Virus record (IMG/VR): IMGVR_UViG_3300009011_000002
Coordinates: 1 to 64,000 of that record
Reading direction: 5' to 3' (one strand)
Length of the DNA stretch: 64,000 bases
Shown here: one piece after another, positions 9,177 through 19,313 of the stretch
How the letters are laid out: each line of letters begins with the position of its first letter
Numbering within the stretch: the stretch's first letter is position 1
The notes under the pieces: model-generated
What the model was told of the DNA's origin: nothing
Database searches by the model: none
Seen by the model: the letters and a program-made list of their open reading frames with translations, nothing else
Position numbers and translations under genes: made by a program

Positions 9177-12084
9177 TGACATGATCAAACTGGTCAACAA
9201 CCCAGGGCGGGGGGTTCAGACCATTATCAATGAACTGGAGACCGCGTGGTTCGACAAGCGGGTTCAGGTCAACAGTAAAGGCCACCCGTTCGTGTTTGCC
9301 ACGGACGTGATTATCGGTTCGAGCTACGGTGTACTGAACCGTGTGCTGGATGGCATCTCCCGCAACTTCGGTGTGCACGCCCGGAGCATCAGTGAACTCA
9401 GCCCGCACATGGCGGATGATGAAAAGGTGGGGATGTTTGGTAACCCGTCGTCCATGACCTTGGAGTTTGCGATTGAAGAGGATACCCTCCTCGAGATTGC
9501 CAAAGAGGTCACGGTGCAGATGGGCAAGTCCACCTTCACCTACCAGATGATCCTCATTCCGAAAGACACCGAGATTACCTTCAACGGGTACACCTTCTGT
9601 GTCGAGAACGGTGTGGAGATCCGCTGGAGTGACAAGACCGGTTATCAGGTGGTGTACGATGAAACCACCAACAACCCGTTCAACCCCATCGCCAACAACC
9701 TCCTCACCAAGGAACGTCGTCCAGGGCGTGATAAGTGGTACGTGGTGGTAGCGGTCCCTGTACGACAGTTGTCGTGTAAGGCGATCGAGAACATTCCGTC
9801 CAACCAGTCGTCGGGTTGCCGGGACACCGTGGAGTATCAGGACAACCTGTACGCCATCCGTGCCTTCCTCACCGCCAACGGGGTTAAGCGTGAGATCAAG
9901 GTCTCCTACGACCAAGATGTCTTCGCACCACTGCAACCTACACTGGCGATCAACCTGAAGTCGGCGAACTCGTTTGATTACGAGATCCCGGATGTTTACA
10001 TCGAGAACGGTTACGGCATTGGTACCCTGAGTATTTACGTGTGGACTACCAAGGGTGCTCTGGAGAAGAACTTCCAGGACGTTGACCTGAGTACTGTGGA
10101 AATCATGTACCAAGACTACCGTTACGGTGCAGGTACCCTGAACGAGTTCTCAGCGGCGCTGAAGTCGGTGGGTGGCACTGCGTGGAAAGCATCTACGGTC
10201 ACCACGGGTGGTAGTAACGCACTGCCATTCGAGCAGATCAAACGTACCTTCATCCAAGGTCGTCGCCAGCGGGTACTTCCGATCACTGAAAACAACTTGG
10301 CAGGTACGGTGGAAGAACGGTCTTACAACTCCGTGAAGACCATCGACTACATGACCGGTCGTAGTTATGCGGTGACCAAAGAACTGCCGGTGCAGGACAA
10401 CAAGAAGTTCTACGCCCCCATGGCAACCTTTGTGGGCAGTTACCGTGCTTCGGTAGCTGATCTAATCCGTAGCAACGTCGTGCTGGACAACGGTGACCGT
10501 GTTACCATTCCGCACAACGTGTTGTTCGACATCACCGAACCAACCACTGAACTGATCAGCGCCTACACCAAGAACCAGTACCTCGGTCTGGCAAAGGAAG
10601 ACTTGGTGGATCTGGTGCAGAACAAGACCTTGGTCTACACACCGTTCTACTACGTACTGGATATCACCAACACCCAGGTGACCCTGCGCACGTACCACCT
10701 CGACCAACCAGTGATCAACTACCAAACTTTCATCCAAGAGAACACCGCTCTGGGTCTGGAAGTGGGTGTAGGGTCGATTGCGGTCGAACACGAGGAAGAC
10801 GGTTACTTGATTACCCTGACCACTGCATCGGGGCAGTCGTATAAGGAACTGGCTTCGGATACCCTGGGTATCCAGTTGTCGTTCGAAGCGGTGGACACCA
10901 ACAGTCTGGCCAGTGTGGCGGGTACCCTGTACGGTGAGACTCCGGACGGTGAGCGTATCTGGCAGTTCAAGTTGGCGTCGCGGTTTGACGTTGACGTGAA
11001 CCATGTGTTGTACTTCACCAACTTCCACCAGTTCGGTGAGCTGCAACCCCAGACCGGTACTGAGCTCCAACAGAACGTGAAGTTGATCTTCACCTTCAAA
11101 GGCGACAAGGAGTTTACCCAGTCCCCTATCGACGCCAAGATTGATGACACCATCTTCCTGGACGACATGGTGGGAATCATCGAGACCGACTACAACATCT
11201 CGTTCGGTAAGTACATGGGTAACCTGTACAGCCGCATCCGTCCGTTGGTGGGTGAAGCACAGTACCAGCGTTACCCAAGCGATGTACCGGCGACCTATAA
11301 GGAAACCACGTACAAGCGGGACAGCAAAGGTCAGCTGGTGTGGGTCAACGGCAAGATGGTGGTGGAACACACTGCGGGTGAGGTCATGAAGAACTCGGCG
11401 GGTGATACCATCCTGGCGTTCCGTGCCAACGATGTCATGTTGGACGAGCATGGGGATCCGATTGAACTCCTCCCCCGTGACCGTCAGTACCACTGGGACT
11501 TCATCGGCTTCGATGCAACGTACTTCTTCAGCCTTGATGATTACGATCACCAGTTCGCGCAGGACACCAAGGACTTCTTCGTCAACAACATCAACAAAGA
11601 CATGGATTACTTCTCGTCGATGGCGATTAACCAGACGACCCTGGTGTACCAACCGCGTAACAAGCTGGGTTACCAGAAGGTGGTGATCAACAGCAACGCC
11701 CAGACCCTGCTCAAACAGGACCTGAGCTTTGTGGTGACGTTCTACCTGACGCAGTCGGGGTACAAGAACCAGAACCTCAAGGAAACGTTGCAAGCAGCTT
11801 CGCCACGCATCATCAACGGCTGGCTGTACAACGAGACCAGCGTCGCCAACTCCGACTTGACCGCCCTCCTGAAAGACATTGCCAGCGCTGATGTGAAGGC
11901 CGTGAAGGTGGACGCACATTCGGGTAACACCATCATTGACATCATCAGTAACGCAGACTCGCTGTCGGGCTTCAGTGTTCGCAAGCTTCTGCGCCTGAGT
12001 GGTGACGGGCTGTTGTCGGTGCAGGAAGACATCGACGTCACCTTCCTCCCACACGACGTCAACATGGTTGACATGATTGGTTAA
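9160..12084 (+). CDS. large virion protein, baseplate wedge-like (phiKZ gp87-like)
   Basis: ATG 9160 with GGAG RBS; ~974 aa; YVWTTKG and TTGGSN motifs resemble gp6/J-type wedge proteins. Confidence 0.6.
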   Translation: MALSHDDMIKLVNNPGRGVQTIINELETAWFDKRVQVNSKGHPFVFATDVIIGSSYGVLNRVLDGISRNFGVHARSISELSPHMADDEKVGMFGNPSSMTLEFAIEEDTLLEIAKEVTVQMGKSTFTYQMILIPKDTEITFNGYTFCVENGVEIRWSDKTGYQVVYDETTNNPFNPIANNLLTKERRPGRDKWYVVVAVPVRQLSCKAIENIPSNQSSGCRDTVEYQDNLYAIRAFLTANGVKREIKVSYDQDVFAPLQPTLAINLKSANSFDYEIPDVYIENGYGIGTLSIYVWTTKGALEKNFQDVDLSTVEIMYQDYRYGAGTLNEFSAALKSVGGTAWKASTVTTGGSNALPFEQIKRTFIQGRRQRVLPITENNLAGTVEERSYNSVKTIDYMTGRSYAVTKELPVQDNKKFYAPMATFVGSYRASVADLIRSNVVLDNGDRVTIPHNVLFDITEPTTELISAYTKNQYLGLAKEDLVDLVQNKTLVYTPFYYVLDITNTQVTLRTYHLDQPVINYQTFIQENTALGLEVGVGSIAVEHEEDGYLITLTTASGQSYKELASDTLGIQLSFEAVDTNSLASVAGTLYGETPDGERIWQFKLASRFDVDVNHVLYFTNFHQFGELQPQTGTELQQNVKLIFTFKGDKEFTQSPIDAKIDDTIFLDDMVGIIETDYNISFGKYMGNLYSRIRPLVGEAQYQRYPSDVPATYKETTYKRDSKGQLVWVNGKMVVEHTAGEVMKNSAGDTILAFRANDVMLDEHGDPIELLPRDRQYHWDFIGFDATYFFSLDDYDHQFAQDTKDFFVNNINKDMDYFSSMAINQTTLVYQPRNKLGYQKVVINSNAQTLLKQDLSFVVTFYLTQSGYKNQNLKETLQAASPRIINGWLYNETSVANSDLTALLKDIASADVKAVKVDAHSGNTIIDIISNADSLSGFSVRKLLRLSGDGLLSVQEDIDVTFLPHDVNMVDMIG

Positions 12085-12100
12085 CCGCCAAGCGGCTATA

Positions 12101-12134
12101 AACCCTACCCACTCCTTACGGGGTGGGTAGGGTT
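12101..12134. terminator. bidirectional intrinsic terminator
   Basis: AACCCTACCCAC...GTGGGTAGGGTT stem between convergent genes. Confidence 0.8.
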
Positions 12135-12148
12135 AAGCCTTTATGCCG

Positions 12149-12913
12149 TCAGTTGGTGTTGTCACCAATCGAGATCTCATCCAGCAGACCGTTCAGGTAA
12201 CCACCGAACAGGATCGGTAGGCGCAGCATGGCTTGCGTGCGTTCGTAGTACCAAGAGGCCGAATGGATGCTCCAGTCATAGTCCATCTCGATACGCTCCT
12301 TCTGCTCTTCCAGCCAGTTGGAGTGAGCGCGTACCAGGTCATCTTTGAAATCATCGATGAACAGGTAATCGCCATCTTTCTCGCGGTGGGTCTGGAACTT
12401 CAGGTCAGCCCAGATCTTGACTTGGCTGTCGTCACCTTTCAGGTCATCCAAGATCTCCCAGAAGTTCTCCGTGGTGTACCCGCAGTAACGCAGAACGTTA
12501 CGACGCAGCTCGTTGAGGAGCGCCATGCCTTCTTCGTTACCAGCCGCGCCAGCAGTGAAGTGTTTGAGCAGTGTATCCACAGCTTCATGGATATACCCGA
12601 ACGAGATCTGGGCGTAGTCGGTCAACGCGGTGATTTCACCGTGGATAGCGTCTACCAGGTCACGGGTCATTGTGGTACCCGCAATTACCTGACCGTTCTC
12701 TTTCGGGAAGCCTGCTGTGAGGCGAACACGAATGCGTTTGGCCGCCGAGGTATCACCCCACAGGTCAGTCACAATTCGATTCGCTGTGGAGATATCTACA
12801 CCCTTTTCGAGGGTTTCCTTAACCACCTTAGCGGTCTCGATGGCTTTACGTGCAATGCCATCCGCTTTGCTGTGGGCTTCGAGTACCCCAGCCCATTGTT
12901 CCGCATGACTCAT
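12149..12913 (-). CDS. putative virion protein
   Basis: 254 aa; internal AAGNEEG site; ATGA-coupled to upstream gene. Confidence 0.6.
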   Translation of the reverse strand: MSHAEQWAGVLEAHSKADGIARKAIETAKVVKETLEKGVDISTANRIVTDLWGDTSAAKRIRVRLTAGFPKENGQVIAGTTMTRDLVDAIHGEITALTDYAQISFGYIHEAVDTLLKHFTAGAAGNEEGMALLNELRRNVLRYCGYTTENFWEILDDLKGDDSQVKIWADLKFQTHREKDGDYLFIDDFKDDLVRAHSNWLEEQKERIEMDYDWSIHSASWYYERTQAMLRLPILFGGYLNGLLDEISIGDNTN

Positions 12914-14436
12914 AGCAGGGACCCCCAGCCAGTTTGCTTGGTGAAGTTGTTGATGGCCGTCTTCACACCACCAATGTCTTCCTTGATGATGAAGTTAACG
13001 TTTGCCGATGCTTTCTCCGCCAACGTCTTCGCATCAGCGTCTCGGATGAAGACGCAGTTGGTCGGAACGTTGTACGCATCAGCAGCCGGGTTATGACCCT
13101 TGGCACGCGCATCACCCACAGCCTTAACGATACCTTCAATATCGTTGACGACCATGCTGTAGAAATACGAGTGCGCACGGTGGTGCCATTCCACCAAGCT
13201 GGTGATTTGCTTCTCGACGACCATCAGTGCCTGGGAGATGTTGAAGCAGAACTGCGTGAAGTTGCGCAGTGCTACCGACGTCTCTTGGTACATGGCGAGG
13301 ATCTTCGGGAACTGGAAGTAATTGGCAATCGCTTCCACCTTCTGCATGTCAGAGGCATCGATGGTACCACCCAGCGCCTTCCAATTGATCTTCGAGAGGT
13401 CGATCTCGTTGTGGTTGATCTCTTGGTAACGGGCGTTGAGGTAGTTGATCTCGTGCATGACTTGCGAGACGTTCACCGGGGTGAGTTTCAGTTCGGAAGT
13501 CTTTACAGTTTCCTGCAGTTTCTTCCGGACTTCACTGAACCCGTTGGTGAGTTCCTCGTCGGAGAACTTCACGTTGTAGAGGGCCTCGTACAGCTTACCC
13601 ACCACTTGCGAGATTCCGCCCACATCCAGCGAGACCTTGACATCGTCGCAGGCCTTGGCCAAGCGGTTAAGCTCGGTGGAGCTGCTGGTGCTCGTTGGGT
13701 TGTTGGTGGCGCTCCGCACACGGGTCCGGTTGAACTCGTCCTGGATGGCCTTCTTGAAGACCTTGCTGGTGGTAGTGGCTTTATCACCGGCCTGCTTGAT
13801 CTTCGCCATGGCTTGCTGGAGCAACGGAATCGATGCGCTCAAGCCTTTGATGGAAGCCTCATCGTCTGCGAACTTGGACTTCATCATCAACAGCTGGAAC
13901 TTACGGTCTTGGCCTGGCTTCAACTCGCCGACGAAATGCTCGACGTTGTAGTAGTCAGTAGGGAGCCCGAGGCCACGGCACATCTCCTCGAACTCTTTCT
14001 TCATCGCGTCCAGGTTGTCATCGATCTCTTTGGTGATCCGCTTGCTCTTGCGGAAACCGAAGATGGTGGCGACAGTGTCTACCACCCAGTCGATGGCCAT
14101 CTTGATGTACTTGATGATGGTCTCAATGAACTTCCTGAAACCTTCGTACACCGTGGAGAAGAAACCTTCCGCTCCCAGGCGCGCATTCCGCTCCGACGGG
14201 AACGGGTCGTAGTTGGACACCCCCTGGAGACCCAACAGCGCCGCAGTGCGCTTGGAGAGTTTACCCAGGGAGAGTTCTTCACTACCCATGACCATCACGG
14301 TGGCTTCAGCCTGACCGGTGTCACGGTAGTACTCGGTGAGGTCTACCTTCTGCTTGTTGTTACCCGGCTGGTAGCCGTCAACGTTGTCGGAGTTGCCAAG
14401 CTGAATGTAGTCGTCCAACAGATCGACGTCACTCAT
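12910..14436 (-). CDS. internal head protein paralog (phiKZ gp86-like by synteny)
   Basis: LGAE|GFFSTVYEGFRKFIETIIKYIKMAIDWVV: processing site followed by amphipathic helix. Confidence 0.65.
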   Translation of the reverse strand: MSDVDLLDDYIQLGNSDNVDGYQPGNNKQKVDLTEYYRDTGQAEATVMVMGSEELSLGKLSKRTAALLGLQGVSNYDPFPSERNARLGAEGFFSTVYEGFRKFIETIIKYIKMAIDWVVDTVATIFGFRKSKRITKEIDDNLDAMKKEFEEMCRGLGLPTDYYNVEHFVGELKPGQDRKFQLLMMKSKFADDEASIKGLSASIPLLQQAMAKIKQAGDKATTTSKVFKKAIQDEFNRTRVRSATNNPTSTSSSTELNRLAKACDDVKVSLDVGGISQVVGKLYEALYNVKFSDEELTNGFSEVRKKLQETVKTSELKLTPVNVSQVMHEINYLNARYQEINHNEIDLSKINWKALGGTIDASDMQKVEAIANYFQFPKILAMYQETSVALRNFTQFCFNISQALMVVEKQITSLVEWHHRAHSYFYSMVVNDIEGIVKAVGDARAKGHNPAADAYNVPTNCVFIRDADAKTLAEKASANVNFIIKEDIGGVKTAINNFTKQTGWGSLL

Positions 14437-14845
14437 AGCAACCCTCGAATTCTTTCTTCAGGAAGAAGACCAGTTCGTTGAAGGACGGATCGCTGGTGAA
14501 ATCGATCTCATCACCATTGGTGGTCTTGACCAGGGTGGTGAACTGTTTCGCGCACGGCAGGCTACCGGTATCACGCAACGAGCCCACCAAGACGTTCATG
14601 CGGGTCTTGGCCAACTGGATGATGTACGCAGCGTTGAGGGGCGCTACCTTGTTCCACTTGTCCAGCTGGATGTACGCTTTGTCTTGAACAGCGGCGGTGA
14701 AGTGGGACTCACCGGTACGGGTCGCCTGGGTCAGCAGGCAACGCACGAACGCTTCCTGGATGACGTGGGAGTGTGCAACAGGGCACATCACGCCAGCACT
14801 CTCCAGTGCGTCTTTCACTTTGACCATATGAACGAGATGGGACAT
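14429..14845 (-). CDS. hypothetical/virion protein
   Basis: 138 aa, AAGGAG RBS. Confidence 0.65.
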   Translation of the reverse strand: MSHLVHMVKVKDALESAGVMCPVAHSHVIQEAFVRCLLTQATRTGESHFTAAVQDKAYIQLDKWNKVAPLNAAYIIQLAKTRMNVLVGSLRDTGSLPCAKQFTTLVKTTNGDEIDFTSDPSFNELVFFLKKEFEGCYE

Positions 14846-14854
14846 GACAGCTCC

Positions 14855-16222
14855 TTAAACGAGTTTGAGTTGGGTGGGGAGGAGGTTGAGTTCGTGGTTG
14901 GCAAGGACGTTGGTGTAATGCTCAACTTCCTGCAACTTGAAATCGCTCCCCGAGAACATCCACCCGAACATACGGTGGATTACAGTCGATTCATACCATG
15001 GCTTGAGCTTCTTGGTCAGGACGATCAATTGCTCGACCTCCTTGACGATCTCTGCCTTGGCTGCGTTGTCGAGACGTTTGTCTTCACGCAGCTTGGAGAT
15101 CAGCTGGCGAGCAGCGTCTTCCAGGCGACGGTGGTCGGCGTTGTACACGCCGGAGTAGCCTTTGCTGAAGTAGTCGAAGATGAAGAAGAACCCGAAGATC
15201 AGGAACCCACCTGCGGCCAGTACAGAGCCTGGTACCCCCACCGCGATCGCAGAGATCAAACTTGGCAAGGTGAACAGACCCACCAGGACAGTCAACAGGA
15301 CAGCTGTGAACAGGGAGCTCAGTACCGTCACGATGCAGCCGTGGTCGACCAGGATCGAGATAGCAGCAATGATACCCTTGTCGCAACCCATGCGGATGGC
15401 GTACATGTCGGCTACCACTTCCGACGTCATCCGTTCTACACCCACCGACAGCGCACGCTTGGTGTTGCGTTGAGCTACCAGCTTGTTGAAGTAGAGGATG
15501 AGGGTTTTCGGGTCTTCGTCTTTGGCCAGTTCCTGGAGTTCGGAGATCTTGCCTTTGCCCAGGTCCAGGATCGACGCCACGTCTTGCATGACCACCACAC
15601 GGTCTTCAGCACGCTTGGCTTCGGTGTAGTGACGGATAGCTGCTTTGGCCAGCAGGTTGTCCGACGCCGTAGTGAGGAGCATCATGCAGCCGGAGAACAC
15701 ATGCCCCAGCTCGTGTGCAATGGCCCCCGCCAAGACCCCTTGGAGTGGGACCCCGAACTTAGCGATTTTATCGCTAGGGAAAGTCTGATGGAGGTTGACG
15801 TTGATCGCCAACTTCACGGGGACTGTGCAGAAGGCCCCCGACACCTTACCGGTGCGGTAGTCGATACCTGCACGGAAGACTTTGTTGGTGTTCTGGGTAA
15901 ACCAGCGGTACAGGGTGGATTGGGTGGTCTTCAACAGTTCATCCACACCAGTGTTGTTCAGCACATGGTTAGGGGAGAAGAAACCGGTGTCAACGGACAG
16001 GTTGCCGCTGTCTGTGTATTCCACCGTGATGTTGGAGAACCCAGTGTAGTCTTTGATGATCTCCAACAGACCTTTGGTAGCTTGGCGACTCAACACACCC
16101 AAACCGTTGATGTTCTCTTCGAGATAGTCGGAGAGTTTGCGGTAAAAATCGGTAGTCTGGAATTCGATGAACTCCATACCCCCCACGTTATCCCCGCGGG
16201 TTAAAAAATCCATCGAAATCAT
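14855..16222 (-). CDS. virion-cluster membrane protein with zinc metalloprotease motifs (phiKZ gp84-like by synteny)
   Basis: AIAHELGH (HExxH), downstream EVVADMYA (ExxAD), ~50-aa hydrophobic segment; AGGAG RBS. Confidence 0.65.
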   Translation of the reverse strand: MISMDFLTRGDNVGGMEFIEFQTTDFYRKLSDYLEENINGLGVLSRQATKGLLEIIKDYTGFSNITVEYTDSGNLSVDTGFFSPNHVLNNTGVDELLKTTQSTLYRWFTQNTNKVFRAGIDYRTGKVSGAFCTVPVKLAINVNLHQTFPSDKIAKFGVPLQGVLAGAIAHELGHVFSGCMMLLTTASDNLLAKAAIRHYTEAKRAEDRVVVMQDVASILDLGKGKISELQELAKDEDPKTLILYFNKLVAQRNTKRALSVGVERMTSEVVADMYAIRMGCDKGIIAAISILVDHGCIVTVLSSLFTAVLLTVLVGLFTLPSLISAIAVGVPGSVLAAGGFLIFGFFFIFDYFSKGYSGVYNADHRRLEDAARQLISKLREDKRLDNAAKAEIVKEVEQLIVLTKKLKPWYESTVIHRMFGWMFSGSDFKLQEVEHYTNVLANHELNLLPTQLKLV

Positions 16223-16302
16223 CTACTGAATTCTCCTTAAAGAAACAACTGAGACGCTATTAATATAGCGCTAGAAAGCGGGCATAAAATGCAGGGATCC
16301 CA

Positions 16303-18159
16303 ATGGAACATACTTCACCAATCATTGCTAAAGTTTGTAAGCATGCGGCCTACAGTGTCCATAGGCATGACCGTGGTCGGGACCTGACCTGTGCGAAGAT
16401 CACCAACATCCACGAAGACGGTTCTCGCAGCAATTCCTTCATTTCGATGGAGAACTACAAACAGCCTTACTGGATCGTAAAAGAACAACACCGTACCTTC
16501 AAGCAACACAAAGATTACATCGAAGAACGTCTGGTGCGCGAGTACAAAGGACCTCGGTGTAAGATTCCGTTTGAAGTCAAGAAGCAGCTGTTTGGTATGG
16601 CTGACTACAAGGCTTCGATTCATGACGTCAAGAAGTTCCCCCATGTATTCGGTCTGGACCAGACTCCACCGGTGCACTTGAAACGTGCGTACTTCCAGCG
16701 TTACGAAGAGTACCAACAGAAAGAACAGTACTCCATGGCCGCCTACGACGTAGAAGGCGACATGTTCAAACCGGGTGTGCCGATTATGATGGCTTCGGTA
16801 ACACTCAAAGACAAAGCCTTCTTCGCTGCTGTACGTAGTTGGTACGGCGAGAAGGATGATGCAACTATCCTTCGTAAACTGAAGGAAGCCGAAAACGAAC
16901 ACTTGGCTTCACACTTAATCCGTCGGGGTTGTAAGGTTGAATACTTACTGGTTGATACCCCGGGTCAAGTAGCGGCCGCTTGCGTTGCGAAGTTCCACGA
17001 ATGGGAACCGGATTGGGTTTCGTCGTGGAATGCGGTTTACGACATGCAGGCCAACGAGCGGGCATTGGAAGAAGACGGGTATAACCTCGCTGACGTGTAC
17101 AGTGATCCGTCGATTCCGAAAGACTTCCGTCATTACCGTTTGGATGTGGGGCGTACTCACAAGGTTAAAGAGAACGGTGATCGGACCCCGCTGGAATGGC
17201 AAGACCGTTTCCCATCGATTCGCACCATGGCAAAATGGCAATGGGCGGATGCAGGTTCGGTGTATGCCATTAAACGGTTCCCGTTCGGTAAGCTCGAAAG
17301 CTACGCGTTACAAGCGATTGCAGACCGCGAGAAGGTACCGGGCAAGCTGTACACCAAAGAGGGCGCTGAGCACGACGTAGGCTCCCCACAGTGGCACCGT
17401 TACATGCAGAAGAACCACAAGTACATCTACTCGATGTACAACATCTGCGACAACTTCGTCATTGAGGAAATCAACGAGGCAACTCTTGACTTCACACTGT
17501 CGTTGCCAATGCTGTTGCGTTACTCGGAGTACTTCAACTTCGTATCGCAACCAAGCTTGATCTCGGACACCCTGAGCTTCATTGCACGGGACCAAGGTTA
17601 TGTTTGGGGCAGCACGCCGTCGCAGCGTGATAAGTACTTCACTGACCGTCTCCCAACCTTGGGTGATTGGATTGCCCTGCTCGATACTGAGAAGAACGCA
17701 CCGAAAGGGCGCCTACTGTTTAGCGGTCTGTACGACGTTATCAGTCAGGGTCGATCGTCTACCTCTGACCTTGACGTTGAGGGGGCGTATCCAACCGGAA
17801 CCCTTGCACTCAACGTGGGGGCGAAGACGACGCAGATGGAGGTCTTTGCAATCCAAGGGGCAGACTCCATGAAGTTCCGCGAGATTGCTGTCAACTATGC
17901 CAGCAGTCCTCAAGCGAACGCGATTGGTCTCAGCCACGACCTGTTCCGTTTCCCACTCGTTTCTCAGATGCAATCCGTGTTCGAGAAAGCACTGGTCGAG
18001 AAGGGCAAAGAAGAACTGGTCAAGCAACTGCAAGAGAATGCACCGAAGCCAGTACAACGTTCGTACCCAGCACCGGTCATTCAGTTCAAACCGAAGTTCC
18101 AAGAACGTCCTATCGTTGCACCTGCTGTAGAAGAAGTCGAAATGAAGCAAGCTGCATAA
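16303..18159 (+). CDS. split family-B DNA polymerase, exonuclease + motif A subunit (phiKZ gp82-like)
   Basis: ExoI AYDVE, ExoII SWNAVYD, ExoIII YNICD, motif A-like DLDVEGAYP; lacks motifs B and C. Confidence 0.85.
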   Translation: MEHTSPIIAKVCKHAAYSVHRHDRGRDLTCAKITNIHEDGSRSNSFISMENYKQPYWIVKEQHRTFKQHKDYIEERLVREYKGPRCKIPFEVKKQLFGMADYKASIHDVKKFPHVFGLDQTPPVHLKRAYFQRYEEYQQKEQYSMAAYDVEGDMFKPGVPIMMASVTLKDKAFFAAVRSWYGEKDDATILRKLKEAENEHLASHLIRRGCKVEYLLVDTPGQVAAACVAKFHEWEPDWVSSWNAVYDMQANERALEEDGYNLADVYSDPSIPKDFRHYRLDVGRTHKVKENGDRTPLEWQDRFPSIRTMAKWQWADAGSVYAIKRFPFGKLESYALQAIADREKVPGKLYTKEGAEHDVGSPQWHRYMQKNHKYIYSMYNICDNFVIEEINEATLDFTLSLPMLLRYSEYFNFVSQPSLISDTLSFIARDQGYVWGSTPSQRDKYFTDRLPTLGDWIALLDTEKNAPKGRLLFSGLYDVISQGRSSTSDLDVEGAYPTGTLALNVGAKTTQMEVFAIQGADSMKFREIAVNYASSPQANAIGLSHDLFRFPLVSQMQSVFEKALVEKGKEELVKQLQENAPKPVQRSYPAPVIQFKPKFQERPIVAPAVEEVEMKQAA

Positions 18160-18168
18160 GCAGCTATA

Positions 18169-18206
18169 ACCCCTACCCCTTCCCTTTGCGGGGAAGGGGT
18201 AGGGGT
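18169..18206. terminator. bidirectional intrinsic terminator
   Basis: ACCCCTACCCCTTCCC/GGGAAGGGGTAGGGGT stem between convergent genes. Confidence 0.8.
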
Positions 18207-18215
18207 ATTCACGCC

Positions 18216-19292
18216 TTACAGACCAAACACACCAACCAGGTCTTTGTGCGCCGCGGTTACGCGGGTGAAGTTGGCGTGAATCAGCTTGGAGATCTGAGTC
18301 GCGCCGACCATCACAGTACGCATGGCCGCGATTTCGGACTGGAGGCTCTTCTTGTCGCTCGCGTCCTTGGCCTTTTTCATCTTGGCTTCGGTAGCGGTGA
18401 TCAACGACTGGATTTTGCCTTTCTTGGCGTTGAAGGTGGACGCCAACGCTTTCAGCGCGTCGATGTTCTTCTTCGCAGCTTCACCGAAAGCAACGGCCGC
18501 TTGCGGGGTGTTGATGCTGGTAGCACCTTCCAACGACTTGAGGAAGTTGGCTTCACCCATGGAGAACTTGGCAACTTCGGAACTCATCTCAACCAGCAGG
18601 TGAGCCGCCGCATGGTCTTTGTCCGCCAGTTTGGCAGCAGCAGCACCTTGCTTGGCGTCGCCTTTGGCCGAACCGAAGGAGCCGCTGAGGAATGCTTTCT
18701 TGGCCTTGACCGCCGCCCCGACGGTGCCTTCCAGCTTCTTCTTCGCAGCGCCCGACATGGAACCCATCTTCTTCAGGGCATCCTTGATCGCCTTCTTCTT
18801 CTCGGCAGGGGTCTTGGCTGCCTTCAGCGCCTCGGCCTCTTTGCCATCAACCTGGCCAGCCAGCTTGGTAGCTTGGGCGTTGGCCTGTTCGTCGGTCTGA
18901 GTACCGGCTTCCGCCTTCTTCAGCTCTTCGTTCTTTTCGTCGATGGCTTCTTTGGCCTCGTCGCCTTCTTTCGCGGCGTCGCGGTTGAAGAAGAAGTTCC
19001 AGATCGAGGTGAAGGTTTTCTTGATGTAGTCCCACACGGCCTTGAAGCCGTTGCCGATGGCCGAGAACACACCTTCTTCGTTACCCGCACGCATGCCGTA
19101 CTTGATGCCGTTGGCGTCGAGTACAGCCACCGCGTAATGCTGGGCCTGGGTCAGGTTGTTGAAGCGGGGCAGGCTTTCAGTGCCCTCGACAGCCGCGGTA
19201 TGCTCCAAGGCGTCGAACATGATTTCCATGTGCGGGGCATCCGGGACAGTGTAACCATCCGGGGATACTTCGTAGTCTTCTGCGTATTCCAT
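18216..19292 (-). CDS. internal head protein paralog, Lys/Ala-rich
   Basis: RAGNE|EGVFSAIGNGFKAVWDYIKKTFTSIWNFFF: same site-plus-helix pattern; AAGGA RBS. Confidence 0.7.
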   Translation of the reverse strand: MEYAEDYEVSPDGYTVPDAPHMEIMFDALEHTAAVEGTESLPRFNNLTQAQHYAVAVLDANGIKYGMRAGNEEGVFSAIGNGFKAVWDYIKKTFTSIWNFFFNRDAAKEGDEAKEAIDEKNEELKKAEAGTQTDEQANAQATKLAGQVDGKEAEALKAAKTPAEKKKAIKDALKKMGSMSGAAKKKLEGTVGAAVKAKKAFLSGSFGSAKGDAKQGAAAAKLADKDHAAAHLLVEMSSEVAKFSMGEANFLKSLEGATSINTPQAAVAFGEAAKKNIDALKALASTFNAKKGKIQSLITATEAKMKKAKDASDKKSLQSEIAAMRTVMVGATQISKLIHANFTRVTAAHKDLVGVFGL

Positions 19293-19313
19293 GATCGTTC
19301 CTTGTGACCCGAC

